Shown one piece after another: positions 40,021 to 50,431 of a stretch of 64,000 nucleotides of DNA. Made by a program: the position numbers and the translations under genes. Position 1 is the stretch's first letter; each line of letters opens with the position of its first letter. Source of the stretch: Candidatus Poribacteria bacterium (GTDB lineage: Bacteria > Poribacteria > WGA-4E > WGA-3G); assembly GCA_965197475.1 (NCBI GenBank), contig CBDANF010000003.1, positions 1,664,001 to 1,728,000 on the forward strand, written 5' to 3'. Under the pieces are notes generated by a model. It saw nothing but the letters and a program-made list of their open reading frames with translations. It searched no databases and was not told the DNA's origin.

Positions 40021-41496
40021 CTATTGTAGTGTGATCTTTTCCGAAAGGGTATAGAAAATATCCAAGAGTCCGATGAGGATAGTTGGAACAACAAAGACAC
40101 TCAATAGGGCAAAGGTGCCTTTAGAAAAGGAGAAATCATCCGTATCCTCGGCAGTTTCAAGATACATCGCCTTGACAATACGAGCATAGTAGTAGAGGGA
40201 GACGACACTGTTTAGCAAACCGATAAATGCCAGCCAATACATCCCTTTACTGATGACAGCATTGAACAGAAGCCATTTTCCAAAGAAACCGGCAAAAGGT
40301 GGGATACCTGTCAGTGAAAAAAGGAAAATCGCCATCGAACCAGCAACCAAAGGTGCGCGGGAGGAAAGCCCCCGATAACCGTCAATCATTTCACTACCTG
40401 ATTCGTTCGCAATTAAGACGACAACGTAAAATGCTCCCAAGTTCATAAAAAGGTAAACGATGAGATAAAAGAGAATGGCACCAAGTCCCTCAGGAGTGAG
40501 TAGAACAGCACCCATCAATAGGTAGCCTCCATGGGCAATACTTGAATATGCCAATAACCGTTTGACATTGCGCTGTGGCAGTGCAGCCAAATTACCTACT
40601 GTCATTGTGAGTGCGGAGATTATCGCTAACATTAATCCCCAATCAATAGATTGCATAATTTCCGGTTTGCTAAATCCTGAGTGGAAAAATCTGATGAACA
40701 GCGCAAATCCTGCGGCTTTTGAGGCAACAGATAGGAAAGCCGTTATCGGAATAGGCGCGCCTTCGTAAACATCAGGTGACCACATGTGGAAGGGAACAGA
40801 AGCGATTTTATAACCTATACCCGCCAGGATGAAGGTTATCGCAATTAGCAGGCCGAGTGCGGTTACTTTACCCGAAGCAAGTACTATGGGAAGTTGATTA
40901 CTGATTTCAGACAAGTTTCCCGTTCCTGTCATGCCGAACAGTAGGGACAATCCAAATAGCATTGTTCCAGATGCCACGGCACCATAAGTAATATATTTGA
41001 ATGCAGCTTCACTTGAACGCGGACTATGCGTCAAGAACCCGGCGAGGATATAGGAGGTAAGGCTGACCGTTTCCAACGAAACGAATATCATCAACAGATT
41101 TGTTGACGATGCCATAAGAAACATGCCGAAGGTAACGGCTAACAATAATGCATGGTATTCGCCTTTCAATCTTACATCAAGTTCCTCTGAACGGAGGGAG
41201 AAAAGAATCGTTGCAGCGGTTGCCAGAAGCAGGAGGACCTTGAAGAATATAGCAAATCCATCAAGTTGAATCATTCCAAGAAAGAGGGATTTCGATTCGT
41301 TAGTGCCGAGGGACAAGTGTGTAAATATAACTGCGATTAAGGTAACCCCGAGTCCCACAAGGGAGAGATATGCGACCTTTTCACTTTCCCGATTTTTAAC
41401 AACGAGATCAAGGATTATGACTGCAGCAGCGAAAACGACGAGGAGAATTTCTGGGCTAAAATGCAGAAGACTTTCAATGTTTTTTAAGGGTTCCAA
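40021..41496 (-). CDS. nuoN: NADH-quinone oxidoreductase subunit N
   Basis: EAAFKY, KIASVPFHMWSPDVYEGAP and KRLLAYSSIAH. Confidence 0.95.
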   Translation of the reverse strand: MEPLKNIESLLHFSPEILLVVFAAAVIILDLVVKNRESEKVAYLSLVGLGVTLIAVIFTHLSLGTNESKSLFLGMIQLDGFAIFFKVLLLLATAATILFSLRSEELDVRLKGEYHALLLAVTFGMFLMASSTNLLMIFVSLETVSLTSYILAGFLTHSPRSSEAAFKYITYGAVASGTMLFGLSLLFGMTGTGNLSEISNQLPIVLASGKVTALGLLIAITFILAGIGYKIASVPFHMWSPDVYEGAPIPITAFLSVASKAAGFALFIRFFHSGFSKPEIMQSIDWGLMLAIISALTMTVGNLAALPQRNVKRLLAYSSIAHGGYLLMGAVLLTPEGLGAILFYLIVYLFMNLGAFYVVVLIANESGSEMIDGYRGLSSRAPLVAGSMAIFLFSLTGIPPFAGFFGKWLLFNAVISKGMYWLAFIGLLNSVVSLYYYARIVKAMYLETAEDTDDFSFSKGTFALLSVFVVPTILIGLLDIFYTLSEKITLQ

Positions 41497-41505
41497 ACCT
41501 TCCTC

Positions 41506-43044
41506 CTATAGACTCGCTACTGTGTTCAGAATTTCAGTGAGTTTTGTAACGGATTCGCTGAACATATCAATTGCGAAGTGGGGCCAAATGCCAAGGACAA
41601 TGGTTAGAATTCCGAGTGGCACCAAAGTCAGGATTTCACGTCCATTGATTTCTGGAAGGTCTTCGTATTTAGGGTTGAGTGTTCCCAAGAAAACTCTTTG
41701 AAGCGTCCAGAGGAAGTATGCCGCACCCACAACAATACCAATCGTAGACAAGATAGTCAATGTTTCAAATTTTTGGAAGGCACCGAATAAGGAAAGTGCT
41801 TCTCCGATAAATCCGCTCAAACCGGGCAACCCTAAAGATGCCATAAACGCAAGCGTTGTAATGCCCGTATAGATGGGCATTCTATTTCCTAAGCCACCGA
41901 ACCCGTTAATCTCACGATGGTGCGCACGGTCATAGAGAACACCAACAAGTAGGAAGAGCATAGCACTGATGACACCGTGATTAAACATCTGGAGAATTGC
42001 ACCGTTGATTCCCATAGTATTCCGAGCGGCAAGCCCTAAGATGACAAATCCCATGTGTCCGATACTGGAATACGCTACTAATTTCTTAAAATCGGTTTGT
42101 GCCAACGCGCAGAAAGATCCGTAGACAATATTAATAAAACCGAGTAATGCCAAACTATTACCCCAGAAACCTACGCCGTTGGTAAAAATTGCCAAACCTT
42201 CCGGAAACATCGCCATATTGATTCGCACCAACCCGTAGGTTCCCATTTTTAAAAGAACACCTGCAAGGATAACGCTAATCGCTGTCGGGGCTTCAACGTG
42301 TGCATCGGGAAGCCATGTGTGGAAAGGGAAAATCGGCACCTTGACAGCAAAACCGATAAAGAAACCAAGGAAAACCCACATTTGGAAGCCTGAATCGGCG
42401 AGAGCATGTCCTTCGGTTGATGCCAGCGTAATGAGTGTCGGAATATCAAACGTTCGTAAACCTTGTGCTACTCCATTGACAACGTTGCTGTTGAGATAAA
42501 CCGCAATCATCGCAACCAACATCAGCACGCTGCCGAATAGCGTATAAAGGAAGAATTTAATTGCAGCATATTCTCGACGTGGTCCGCCCCACACACCGAT
42601 CAGGAAATACATCGGCAAGAGTGTCAGTTCAAAGAAGACGAAGAAGAGGAAAAGATCCAACGCAGCGAAAAAGCCTAACATCCCCGTTTCAAGTAACAGG
42701 AACAACGCCATATATGCCTTAATGCCCTTTTCTATGTTCCGCCAAGAGGCAAGCACACAGATTGGTCCCAAAAGAGCGGTCAGGAGTAGCAGTGTTACGC
42801 TTAAACCGTCAATACCAACGTGATATTGAATATTGAAAGTCGCAATCCAGGCGACAGGACCATCAACAAACTGTGTTCCAGCAATTGATCGTTTGTAGTC
42901 AATAAATAAGTAAATTGCGAGTATCAGCGGGATAAGTGCAAAACCGAGTGTAACGCGTTTTATTAATTCTTCCGACTCCTTTGGTAGAAGTAAAACAACG
43001 ATCATCCCCAGCAACGGGACAAAAATCATTAGCGACAATAACAT
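41506..43044 (-). CDS. nuoM: NADH-quinone oxidoreductase subunit M
   Basis: GIDGLS, KVPIFPFHTWLPDAHVEAPT and LLKMGTYG. Confidence 0.96.
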   Translation of the reverse strand: MLLSLMIFVPLLGMIVVLLLPKESEELIKRVTLGFALIPLILAIYLFIDYKRSIAGTQFVDGPVAWIATFNIQYHVGIDGLSVTLLLLTALLGPICVLASWRNIEKGIKAYMALFLLLETGMLGFFAALDLFLFFVFFELTLLPMYFLIGVWGGPRREYAAIKFFLYTLFGSVLMLVAMIAVYLNSNVVNGVAQGLRTFDIPTLITLASTEGHALADSGFQMWVFLGFFIGFAVKVPIFPFHTWLPDAHVEAPTAISVILAGVLLKMGTYGLVRINMAMFPEGLAIFTNGVGFWGNSLALLGFINIVYGSFCALAQTDFKKLVAYSSIGHMGFVILGLAARNTMGINGAILQMFNHGVISAMLFLLVGVLYDRAHHREINGFGGLGNRMPIYTGITTLAFMASLGLPGLSGFIGEALSLFGAFQKFETLTILSTIGIVVGAAYFLWTLQRVFLGTLNPKYEDLPEINGREILTLVPLGILTIVLGIWPHFAIDMFSESVTKLTEILNTVASL

Positions 43045-43211
43045 TTTTTGTATTCTTCCTCGTTGAATTTTGCACTATCGGCAAATTGTTGTAGTTGAAT
43101 TCTGTACTCTCTCGCTGCTATTAGCATATTTTGCGAGAAAATTGAAAATGTAAGGCTATAAACCTTGTTCATTCTTTTTCATTGCGCTTTTCAAACTGCA
43201 CCTATAAGCAC

Positions 43212-45470
43212 TTACAAAACCCTGAAAATCAAGATTATCAACACTATCCCGCCAATAACGACAAAGAGATAGGTTTGTATTGCTCCTGTCTGAAGTCTGC
43301 GGATTCTTCCTCCGGCTGCCCACGTAACTTCTGCTACCCGGTTGACGATACCATCAACAACACGATTATCAAAAAAGCCTATAAAAGCAGCGAGAATATC
43401 GCGTGTTACTGTTCCAACACCGTTGACGATTCCATCAACGACAGTCCCATCAAATTGGGCAAAAAGCCGCGACTTCCACACCGTCAGTGCAACCAACACG
43501 CCGTCGTAGAATTCATCAAAGTAGTATTTGTTCCAGAATAGGTTGTAGACCGGGCGGAAAGTTGTTGCAACAGCTTCTCCAGAGAACCTTCGCTTGTGGT
43601 AAAACAGCCATGAGAGCAGTATCCCTAAAGCCGCGACACAGATTGACAACACCATTGCGATTGTGTGTGCAGGACCGTGTCCAGGATGTGCATCATCAGC
43701 ATGTTCAGTGTCGTTTCCACCCTCTTCTTCAGCTGCTTCTGCTTCGGAAATACCAAAGAGTGATATGCCAAAATTCGCATCACCTATTTTGGTGTCAGGT
43801 GAAACGTAAGCATGTTGCGTTGTATTAGGCATATAGGGTTGTGACGGTGGTTTAACATAATCTTCGTTGAACCAAAGGATATTCACTGCGGGGAAACTCA
43901 GCAGTGCCAAAACGATGAGCGGCACCGTCATCGCCAACGGAGATTCGTGTGCCATGTCGTGCATTTCTTTGTTGCGCGGCTCACCGAAAAAGGTCATAAA
44001 TATCAGGCGGAACATATAAAATGCTGTGATACCCGCAGCAAGGAGTGCCATGCCGAATAGAATGTAGTAATGGGGTGAGTTTGATGCCATTGCCTCTCCA
44101 AGCACACCCCCTAAAATCGCATCTTTACTCCAGAACCCAGAAAAGACAAACGGCACACCTGAAATAGACAACGTTGCGATGAGCATTGTGAGGAAAGTAA
44201 TTGGCATTTTTCGACGGAGTCCGCCCATGTTCCGCATATCCTGGTCAGGTGGGATTTCAGAACCGTGTGCATGAACTAAACTGTGATCATCATGTTTATC
44301 ATGTTCCTTGCCATCTGCGTGTTCATCGTCATGATGGGCATGCATTGCGTGGAAGGCGTGAATAACACTTCCTGAACCAAGAAACAGGAGTGCTTTGAAA
44401 AACGCGTGTGTGGTAAGATGGAAAAGTCCAGCAACATAACTACCTACCCCAATTGCCAACATCATATATCCCAATTGGCTAATCGTAGAGTATGCCAAAA
44501 CCCGCTTAATGTCAAATCGAACGATTGCAATGGTAGCGGCAACAAGTGCGGTAATCCCTCCGACATAAGCGATGACGAGAGACGAAGCTGGTGTCAAAAT
44601 TGGGAACATTCGAGCTACGAGGTATACTCCGGCAGCAACCATCGTGGCAGCGTGTATCAAAGCACTGACGGGTGTAGGACCCTCCATCGCGTCTGGCAGC
44701 CATGTATGCAACGGCACCTGTGCAGATTTACCAACAGCACCACAAAATATGAGCACTCCGGCAATTGAGAGCCACACGATATCTGCTGTATCGCCTGTAA
44801 ACCTTGCGGGGTCAGTAAGCAGCGTAAAAATACCATCTGTTCCGTGCAGAGAAAGAGTATCAAATTTTTTGAACAGCATCATCATACCGATGAACATGCC
44901 AACATCACCGACGCGTGTTGTCAGGAACGCCTTCTTACATGCATTCGAAGCGGAATCCTTTTCAAACCAGAAGCCGATTAGCAGATAAGAGCAGAGACCG
45001 ACAAGTTCCCAACCGATATAGATACCGAGTAGGTTATCCGATACAACCAAGAAGAGCATTGAAAATGAGAAAAGCGAAAGGTAGGCAAAAAACCGTGGAT
45101 ACCTCGGATCACCGTGCATATAACCCATAGAGAAGATATGCACCAGACTACTGACTAACGTGACAACAATCAGCATAATCACGGTAACGCTGTCAAGGTA
45201 AAAACCCATTGAGAAAGTGGTATCACCGAGTGAAATCCAATCAACGGTATGCAGTGCGCCTTGAGCAACTTCACCCTCAGTAGTAGGCGCACTTTGTAAG
45301 CGTGCAACGTCTTGTAATAGCAAAAGTGAGCAGGCAAGCGCGACAAGCATCGCAGCGGTTGACAAATAATCTTGCCGTGGGAAACTACGTTTTGCTAAGC
45401 CCAATAGTGCAAAGATTGCGAAGGCTGCAAGCGGGCAAAGTAAGATAATACTTATTAAGGATACAACCAT
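43212..45470 (-). CDS. nuoL: NADH-quinone oxidoreductase subunit L (with His-rich insertions)
   Basis: GKSAQVPLHTWLPDAMEGPTPVSALIHAATMV and THAFFKALLFL. Confidence 0.96.
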   Translation of the reverse strand: MVVSLISIILLCPLAAFAIFALLGLAKRSFPRQDYLSTAAMLVALACSLLLLQDVARLQSAPTTEGEVAQGALHTVDWISLGDTTFSMGFYLDSVTVIMLIVVTLVSSLVHIFSMGYMHGDPRYPRFFAYLSLFSFSMLFLVVSDNLLGIYIGWELVGLCSYLLIGFWFEKDSASNACKKAFLTTRVGDVGMFIGMMMLFKKFDTLSLHGTDGIFTLLTDPARFTGDTADIVWLSIAGVLIFCGAVGKSAQVPLHTWLPDAMEGPTPVSALIHAATMVAAGVYLVARMFPILTPASSLVIAYVGGITALVAATIAIVRFDIKRVLAYSTISQLGYMMLAIGVGSYVAGLFHLTTHAFFKALLFLGSGSVIHAFHAMHAHHDDEHADGKEHDKHDDHSLVHAHGSEIPPDQDMRNMGGLRRKMPITFLTMLIATLSISGVPFVFSGFWSKDAILGGVLGEAMASNSPHYYILFGMALLAAGITAFYMFRLIFMTFFGEPRNKEMHDMAHESPLAMTVPLIVLALLSFPAVNILWFNEDYVKPPSQPYMPNTTQHAYVSPDTKIGDANFGISLFGISEAEAAEEEGGNDTEHADDAHPGHGPAHTIAMVLSICVAALGILLSWLFYHKRRFSGEAVATTFRPVYNLFWNKYYFDEFYDGVLVALTVWKSRLFAQFDGTVVDGIVNGVGTVTRDILAAFIGFFDNRVVDGIVNRVAEVTWAAGGRIRRLQTGAIQTYLFVVIGGIVLIILIFRVL

Positions 45471-45579
45471 ATTTTTTTACTATGGGCCTCCTGGTCCGCT
45501 TGCAGCCGTTGTTGCAAGCGGGTTTCTGATAAGATCGACGATATCTGATTAAATCGAACTTTTAACTGCAAATGAATTA

Positions 45580-45888
45580 TTAACCTTTTAAGGTATCCAC
45601 TTCGTCTGGGCGTATGCTACCGAATTCACGGTAAATAGCGAGAATTATGGCGAGAAATACCGCCGCTTCGGCTGCAGCAAGCACGATACCAAAGATAGCG
45701 ATTATCTGACCATCAATATTTTCTGGCGGTGTAACAAAACGTGAAAATGCGACGAAGTTTAGATTACACGAATTAAGAATAAGTTCAATGCCCATCAGAA
45801 TACTGATAGCGTTTCGCCGAGTTAGTACTGCGAAAATGCCGAGTGTAAATAGAATTGCACTGATTACCAAATAATGTTGAAGACTCAT
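45580..45888 (-). CDS. nuoK: NADH-quinone oxidoreductase subunit K
   Basis: RRN..ILMGIELILN and AAAEAAV. Confidence 0.95.
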   Translation of the reverse strand: MSLQHYLVISAILFTLGIFAVLTRRNAISILMGIELILNSCNLNFVAFSRFVTPPENIDGQIIAIFGIVLAAAEAAVFLAIILAIYREFGSIRPDEVDTLKG

Positions 45889-45927
45889 TTTTTCCTATCC
45901 TACAGATTTAGAAAGTGTCCAACGGAA

Positions 45928-46446
45928 TTAATCCCGAACCTCCTTGCGAGAAATGAGCGCAGCACCAATTAACGCAACTAACAGCAGCACAGATACAACC
46001 TCAAACGGCAGCAAAAAATGTTTTTTTAAAATCAGTTCGCCAATACGCTTGGTTGTCGGTTCAAGTTGCGTTCCATCATCGGTGAGATTTTTCCAACCGG
46101 GTGTATTCGCTATGACCGTCAAAAGCAGCATAAGCAGGGCAAGTGAAATTCCACCACCCAATAGCAGCTGACCGCGTTCAATGTGGATACGCATCTCTAA
46201 CCGTCCGCTTGTCATCATGACACCGAAAAGGATAAGCACCAGAATACCGCCGACGTAAACAATTACCTGTGTTGCTGCAAGAAAATCTGCTTGTAGAAAT
46301 ACGTATAATCCCGCTACCCCAAAGAGAGTAACCATCAGTGCAAAAGCGGCATGAACAATGTTACGAACCGTTACCACAGCGAGTGCAGAGGCAATTGTTA
46401 ATAACGCGAACCCGTAAAAAATAAATGTCTTGAGTGTAAATTCCAT
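45928..46446 (-). CDS. nuoJ: NADH-quinone oxidoreductase subunit J
   Basis: QVIVYVGGILVL and LPFEVVSVLLLVALIGA. Confidence 0.95.
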   Translation of the reverse strand: MEFTLKTFIFYGFALLTIASALAVVTVRNIVHAAFALMVTLFGVAGLYVFLQADFLAATQVIVYVGGILVLILFGVMMTSGRLEMRIHIERGQLLLGGGISLALLMLLLTVIANTPGWKNLTDDGTQLEPTTKRIGELILKKHFLLPFEVVSVLLLVALIGAALISRKEVRD

Positions 46447-46460
46447 AAAAGTAGAACTTC

Positions 46461-47180
46461 CTAATCTGCTGCTTCTGTGGCATCTGCCTCGTCTTTACCG
46501 TACATCTCCTGCTTATCAAAATTGAAGATTAAATCTGTGCGATCAAACTTTGAATATTCAATTCCCTCAAGCGAATCCTTCATTACGAGACACTCTGTCG
46601 GACAGACCTCCGTGCATAATCCACAATACATACAGAGGGACATATCAATATCAAACTGGTCAAGATAGAAAACGACCGGGTTTCTCGTAACGACGCGTGA
46701 TACCGTGTCTCCAGAAACGGTTTGGGTGCGGTTTTCATTCTCCGATGGCTCCAGCCGGTCTATAACCTCTTGTGAACCTAAGCGTGTGGTGATATTTGTA
46801 ACGGTTACCGAATCTTCCGGGTTTATCTTCTTTTCATTGCCTTCAATGATACCGATGATTTCCTGTCCGTCCTTGAGATGTACAACGTTCATGCTATCCC
46901 ATAATTGTTCACCCTTGGGAAGTTTCGTGCCGACAATCGTAATACAATCCACAGGACAGATCAACTCACACTTTTTACAGCCGATGCAGTCCTCAATCCG
47001 ATTATAGAGTTGACCACGATACCCTTTCGGAATTTCTCGAACGTTCTGTTTCTTTTCGTAATCGTGTTCATACGGATATTGGTGCGTGACGTTCGGTTCA
47101 AAGAACTGCCGAATTGTAATTCGCATCCCGACGAGGACGGTATAAACACCTCTGTATATGTTTCGTATGTATTTGTCCAT
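46461..47180 (-). CDS. nuoI: NADH-quinone oxidoreductase subunit I with a long insertion
   Basis: THQYP, CIGCKKCELICP and CMYCGLCTEVCP. Confidence 0.92.
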   Translation of the reverse strand: MDKYIRNIYRGVYTVLVGMRITIRQFFEPNVTHQYPYEHDYEKKQNVREIPKGYRGQLYNRIEDCIGCKKCELICPVDCITIVGTKLPKGEQLWDSMNVVHLKDGQEIIGIIEGNEKKINPEDSVTVTNITTRLGSQEVIDRLEPSENENRTQTVSGDTVSRVVTRNPVVFYLDQFDIDMSLCMYCGLCTEVCPTECLVMKDSLEGIEYSKFDRTDLIFNFDKQEMYGKDEADATEAAD

Positions 47181-47228
47181 AACGAATGTTCCTTTGTAGG
47201 TCAGTTTCCCACGCGAAAGGTGCGGATA

Positions 47229-47744
47229 CTACCTAAACGCGTATTTAATAAGCACACCGATAAGCAACCCGCTGTGGAGAACGATGCCGTAAATTTTCCA
47301 TTTACGGTCACCTTTGAAGAGTTCACTGGGTAGTGTCATGATCCAGTAAGCGATACATACTATGCCTAAACCTACAACAAAAGAAACCACAAAAGTATGC
47401 AACGACTGAATATTAAAAATTATTGCGATTGAATCGTTCAGGATTACAATTGTGCCTCCGAGAATTGTAAGTGCAATCCCAGAGATACATGCGACTTTTT
47501 CCGTTCTTGTTGCCTCCGTAGTTCTTATTTTTCTGAGGAGCGGGAACACTATATAGAAACCAAAGCATGCGAGACTCACTCCTAAAACGAATCCCAAAGT
47601 AGGCAGCCAATGCTTACTGACACCGTCAGCAATCAAATCGTCCGCGGTTATAAGCAGAATTACACCGATGATAGGTAACTGCTTTACCACCCACGCGATT
47701 TTTTCTTGCTTCGTACTTCGCAAAATCCCCATAACAGCATTCAT
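47229..47744 (-). CDS. Hypothetical multi-TM protein inside the nuo operon
   Basis: GGAGG RBS and about five hydrophobic helices; no nuo motif. Confidence 0.7.
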   Translation of the reverse strand: MNAVMGILRSTKQEKIAWVVKQLPIIGVILLITADDLIADGVSKHWLPTLGFVLGVSLACFGFYIVFPLLRKIRTTEATRTEKVACISGIALTILGGTIVILNDSIAIIFNIQSLHTFVVSFVVGLGIVCIAYWIMTLPSELFKGDRKWKIYGIVLHSGLLIGVLIKYAFR

Positions 47745-47808
47745 CGTTTACCTCCGTTTAGAACTATCCTTAAACTAATATACAGATAATTTCAACACAT
47801 TGCCCTGA

Positions 47809-49035
47809 TTAAGCTGAACTCGCCTGCGGTTCAGCTTTTCGCGCAAGATTTCTACCTGCAAATGCATACGCACCGATAAGACCAGCATAGATAATCGCAC
47901 AACTAATCCCGATGCTCCACACATCATCATGGTCAAAAATCAACCCCCATACACCTGTGCCTAAGATGTTAAAAAATGAAATCGGGATAAAGTATTTCCA
48001 GCACAGATTCATGAGTTGATCCACACGTAAACGTGGTAGTGTCCACCGCAGCCACATCATCAGAAAGACAAGACTCAAAGTCTTGATAACGAAACCGGGA
48101 AGACCACCGAGAAAATCATAACCCGGCAAGACACCTTCCCATCCACCGAGGAAGAGCGTCACAGCAATTGCACTCACCGCGAACATATTTGCGTATTCGG
48201 CAATAAAGAAGAGAGCAAAACGCATACCACTATATTCGGTATGGAACCCAGCAACGATTTCGGATTCTGCCTCAGGCAGATCAAATGGCGTTCGGTTGAC
48301 CTCAGCAATAGAAGATATAAAGAAGATAAAGAATGCTATAAAGGTAAAGGGTGACCGAAATATCAGCCAAGTGAAAACACCATTGGACTGACTATCCACA
48401 ATCTTACTCATACTCAAACTTCCTACGAGCATAACAACTGTCAAAATGGAAAGACCGAGCGGGATTTCATAACTGACAATTTGTGCAGCGGAACGTAATG
48501 AACCCAACAACGACCATTTACTGTTTGATGACCATCCTGCCATAATTACGCCCATGACAATCACAGACGAGATCGCCATGATATAGAAGATGCCAATATT
48601 AAAGTCGCTCACTAATATGTCTTGTCCAAACGGGATTGCAGCGAAAACTGCGAAAGAGCAGGCAAATATGATGTATGGTGCGAGCATGAAAAGAACTTTA
48701 TCACCTTGCGGTGGGATATAGTCCTCTTTGAAGATAAGTTTTATTCCATCTGCCAATGTTTGCAGTGTGCCCCAAGGTCCAACACGCATGGGACCTGTTC
48801 GATTCTGAAAACGTGCTGCTACTTTTCGTTCTGCAAGCACAAGGACCAACGGAAGTAGTGGCACAAGTGCAACGAAAATACCCGCGCATACCAACATCAC
48901 AAGCACAGAACCCAACTCCACAGGAAAATCTGGAATTCTCGGAACGATTACATTTTGGACAAAATCTGTTGCCCAATTAGTTCCTTCTTGTAAATTTATA
49001 TTAGGAAAGAAACCTTCAGATACAATATTTGGCAT
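47809..49035 (-). CDS. nuoH: NADH-quinone oxidoreductase subunit H
   Basis: ERKVAARFQNRTGP and NRTPFDLPEAESEIVAGFHTEYSG. Confidence 0.97.
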   Translation of the reverse strand: MPNIVSEGFFPNINLQEGTNWATDFVQNVIVPRIPDFPVELGSVLVMLVCAGIFVALVPLLPLVLVLAERKVAARFQNRTGPMRVGPWGTLQTLADGIKLIFKEDYIPPQGDKVLFMLAPYIIFACSFAVFAAIPFGQDILVSDFNIGIFYIMAISSVIVMGVIMAGWSSNSKWSLLGSLRSAAQIVSYEIPLGLSILTVVMLVGSLSMSKIVDSQSNGVFTWLIFRSPFTFIAFFIFFISSIAEVNRTPFDLPEAESEIVAGFHTEYSGMRFALFFIAEYANMFAVSAIAVTLFLGGWEGVLPGYDFLGGLPGFVIKTLSLVFLMMWLRWTLPRLRVDQLMNLCWKYFIPISFFNILGTGVWGLIFDHDDVWSIGISCAIIYAGLIGAYAFAGRNLARKAEPQASSA

Positions 49036-49079
49036 CTAACCTCCTAACCACAAGTAACATCATCTGTTATCAGATAGTT

Positions 49080-50285
49080 TTACCGATCAACTTCTCCCAT
49101 CACGATATCAATGCTTCCGATAATCGCGATAATATCTGCTATCATCAAACCTCGACTTAGTTCTGGTAGCGCGCTTAACGCACTGAAACAGGGCGAGCGT
49201 CCCTTGACACGCACAGGCTTCGGTGTACCGTCACTTACGATGTAAAATCCAAGTTCGCCACGTGGTGCTTCACTACGGAAATAGATCTCACCTTTGGGTG
49301 GACGGACAGCTTTTAATTGTGCCATGACAGGACCGTCGGGAAGACCTTCCGCTAAAATTTGTCGGACTATCCGCACGGATTCCTTCATTTCATCCATGCG
49401 CACTTTGTATCGACTCCAGCAGTCACCAACAACAGCACCTAACTCAGGAATATCCTTGGCAATAGGCACATCAAAATCAAACCGATCATAGATAGAATAG
49501 GGTTCATCTCGTCGCAAATCCCAATCAACACCTGACCCGCGGATATTCGGACCAGTAGCACCGTAACTCAGTGCCATCTCTGCCGACATAACAGCGACTC
49601 TCATTGTCCGTTCGGCGAAAATGCTGTTTGCTGTCAAAAGATCGTTATATTCGTCAATCTTCGGTTCAAAATAGTCCAGAAACTCTTTGATCTCATCTAA
49701 GAAATTCTGTTCAAAAACAGAACCAGGTTCCATAGGGATGATTTCAGATACACCACCGATGCGGATATAGTTATAGGTAAGACGTGCACCACAAATTTTC
49801 TCAAAAAGCAGAAGAAGCTTTTCCCTATCACGAAACGCATAGAGAAACGGTGTGAATGCTCCGATGTCCATTCCGTAAGTACCAAATGAAAGGAGATGAC
49901 TCGCAATCCGATTTAATTCACAAATAAGCACACGTAGATATTCCGCGCGTTCCGGCACCGCAAAATCCCGTTTTTCGTCCATCTCAATCAGTTTTTCAAC
50001 AGCAAGACAAAACCCCCAATTCTGGTTCATCGCCGCAACGTAATCCATTCGGTCGGTGAAAGGAATGATTTGAGGGTAAGAGAGGTTTTCTGAGTGTTTC
50101 TCAAAACATCGATGCAGATAACCGATATGTGGTATCGCTTCCCGCACGACCTCACCGTCCAACCTCAACTCCAGCCGTAACACCCCGTGAGTACTAGGAT
50201 GCTGAGGTCCCATATTCACTATCATCTCATCGGTGAACGGTTTGAGTTCTATAATTTTCGATTCTGTCTGTTGTGTGTTTTCCAT
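49080..50285 (-). CDS. nuoD: NADH-quinone oxidoreductase subunit D
   Basis: NMGPQHPSTHGVLRL and DIVMGEVDR. Confidence 0.97.
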   Translation of the reverse strand: MENTQQTESKIIELKPFTDEMIVNMGPQHPSTHGVLRLELRLDGEVVREAIPHIGYLHRCFEKHSENLSYPQIIPFTDRMDYVAAMNQNWGFCLAVEKLIEMDEKRDFAVPERAEYLRVLICELNRIASHLLSFGTYGMDIGAFTPFLYAFRDREKLLLLFEKICGARLTYNYIRIGGVSEIIPMEPGSVFEQNFLDEIKEFLDYFEPKIDEYNDLLTANSIFAERTMRVAVMSAEMALSYGATGPNIRGSGVDWDLRRDEPYSIYDRFDFDVPIAKDIPELGAVVGDCWSRYKVRMDEMKESVRIVRQILAEGLPDGPVMAQLKAVRPPKGEIYFRSEAPRGELGFYIVSDGTPKPVRVKGRSPCFSALSALPELSRGLMIADIIAIIGSIDIVMGEVDR

Positions 50286-50431
50286 AATGCGGGTTTGAAA
50301 GGTCTATTTTTATCTTTTATGTCTATCTATTTCACTATGAATGATATCTTTTGTGCTGCAAGTTAAACCTAACAATTATTTTCAAAGTTATTCAGTTGCG
50401 TGATTAGAGGCACATGGAAATCGATTCAATG

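Noticed and set aside
45496-45522. Hairpin CCGCTTGCAGC/GTTGCAAGCGG between nuoK and nuoL as a riboswitch
   Set aside because: A single short stem with no aptamer features; most likely an mRNA stability or processing element.
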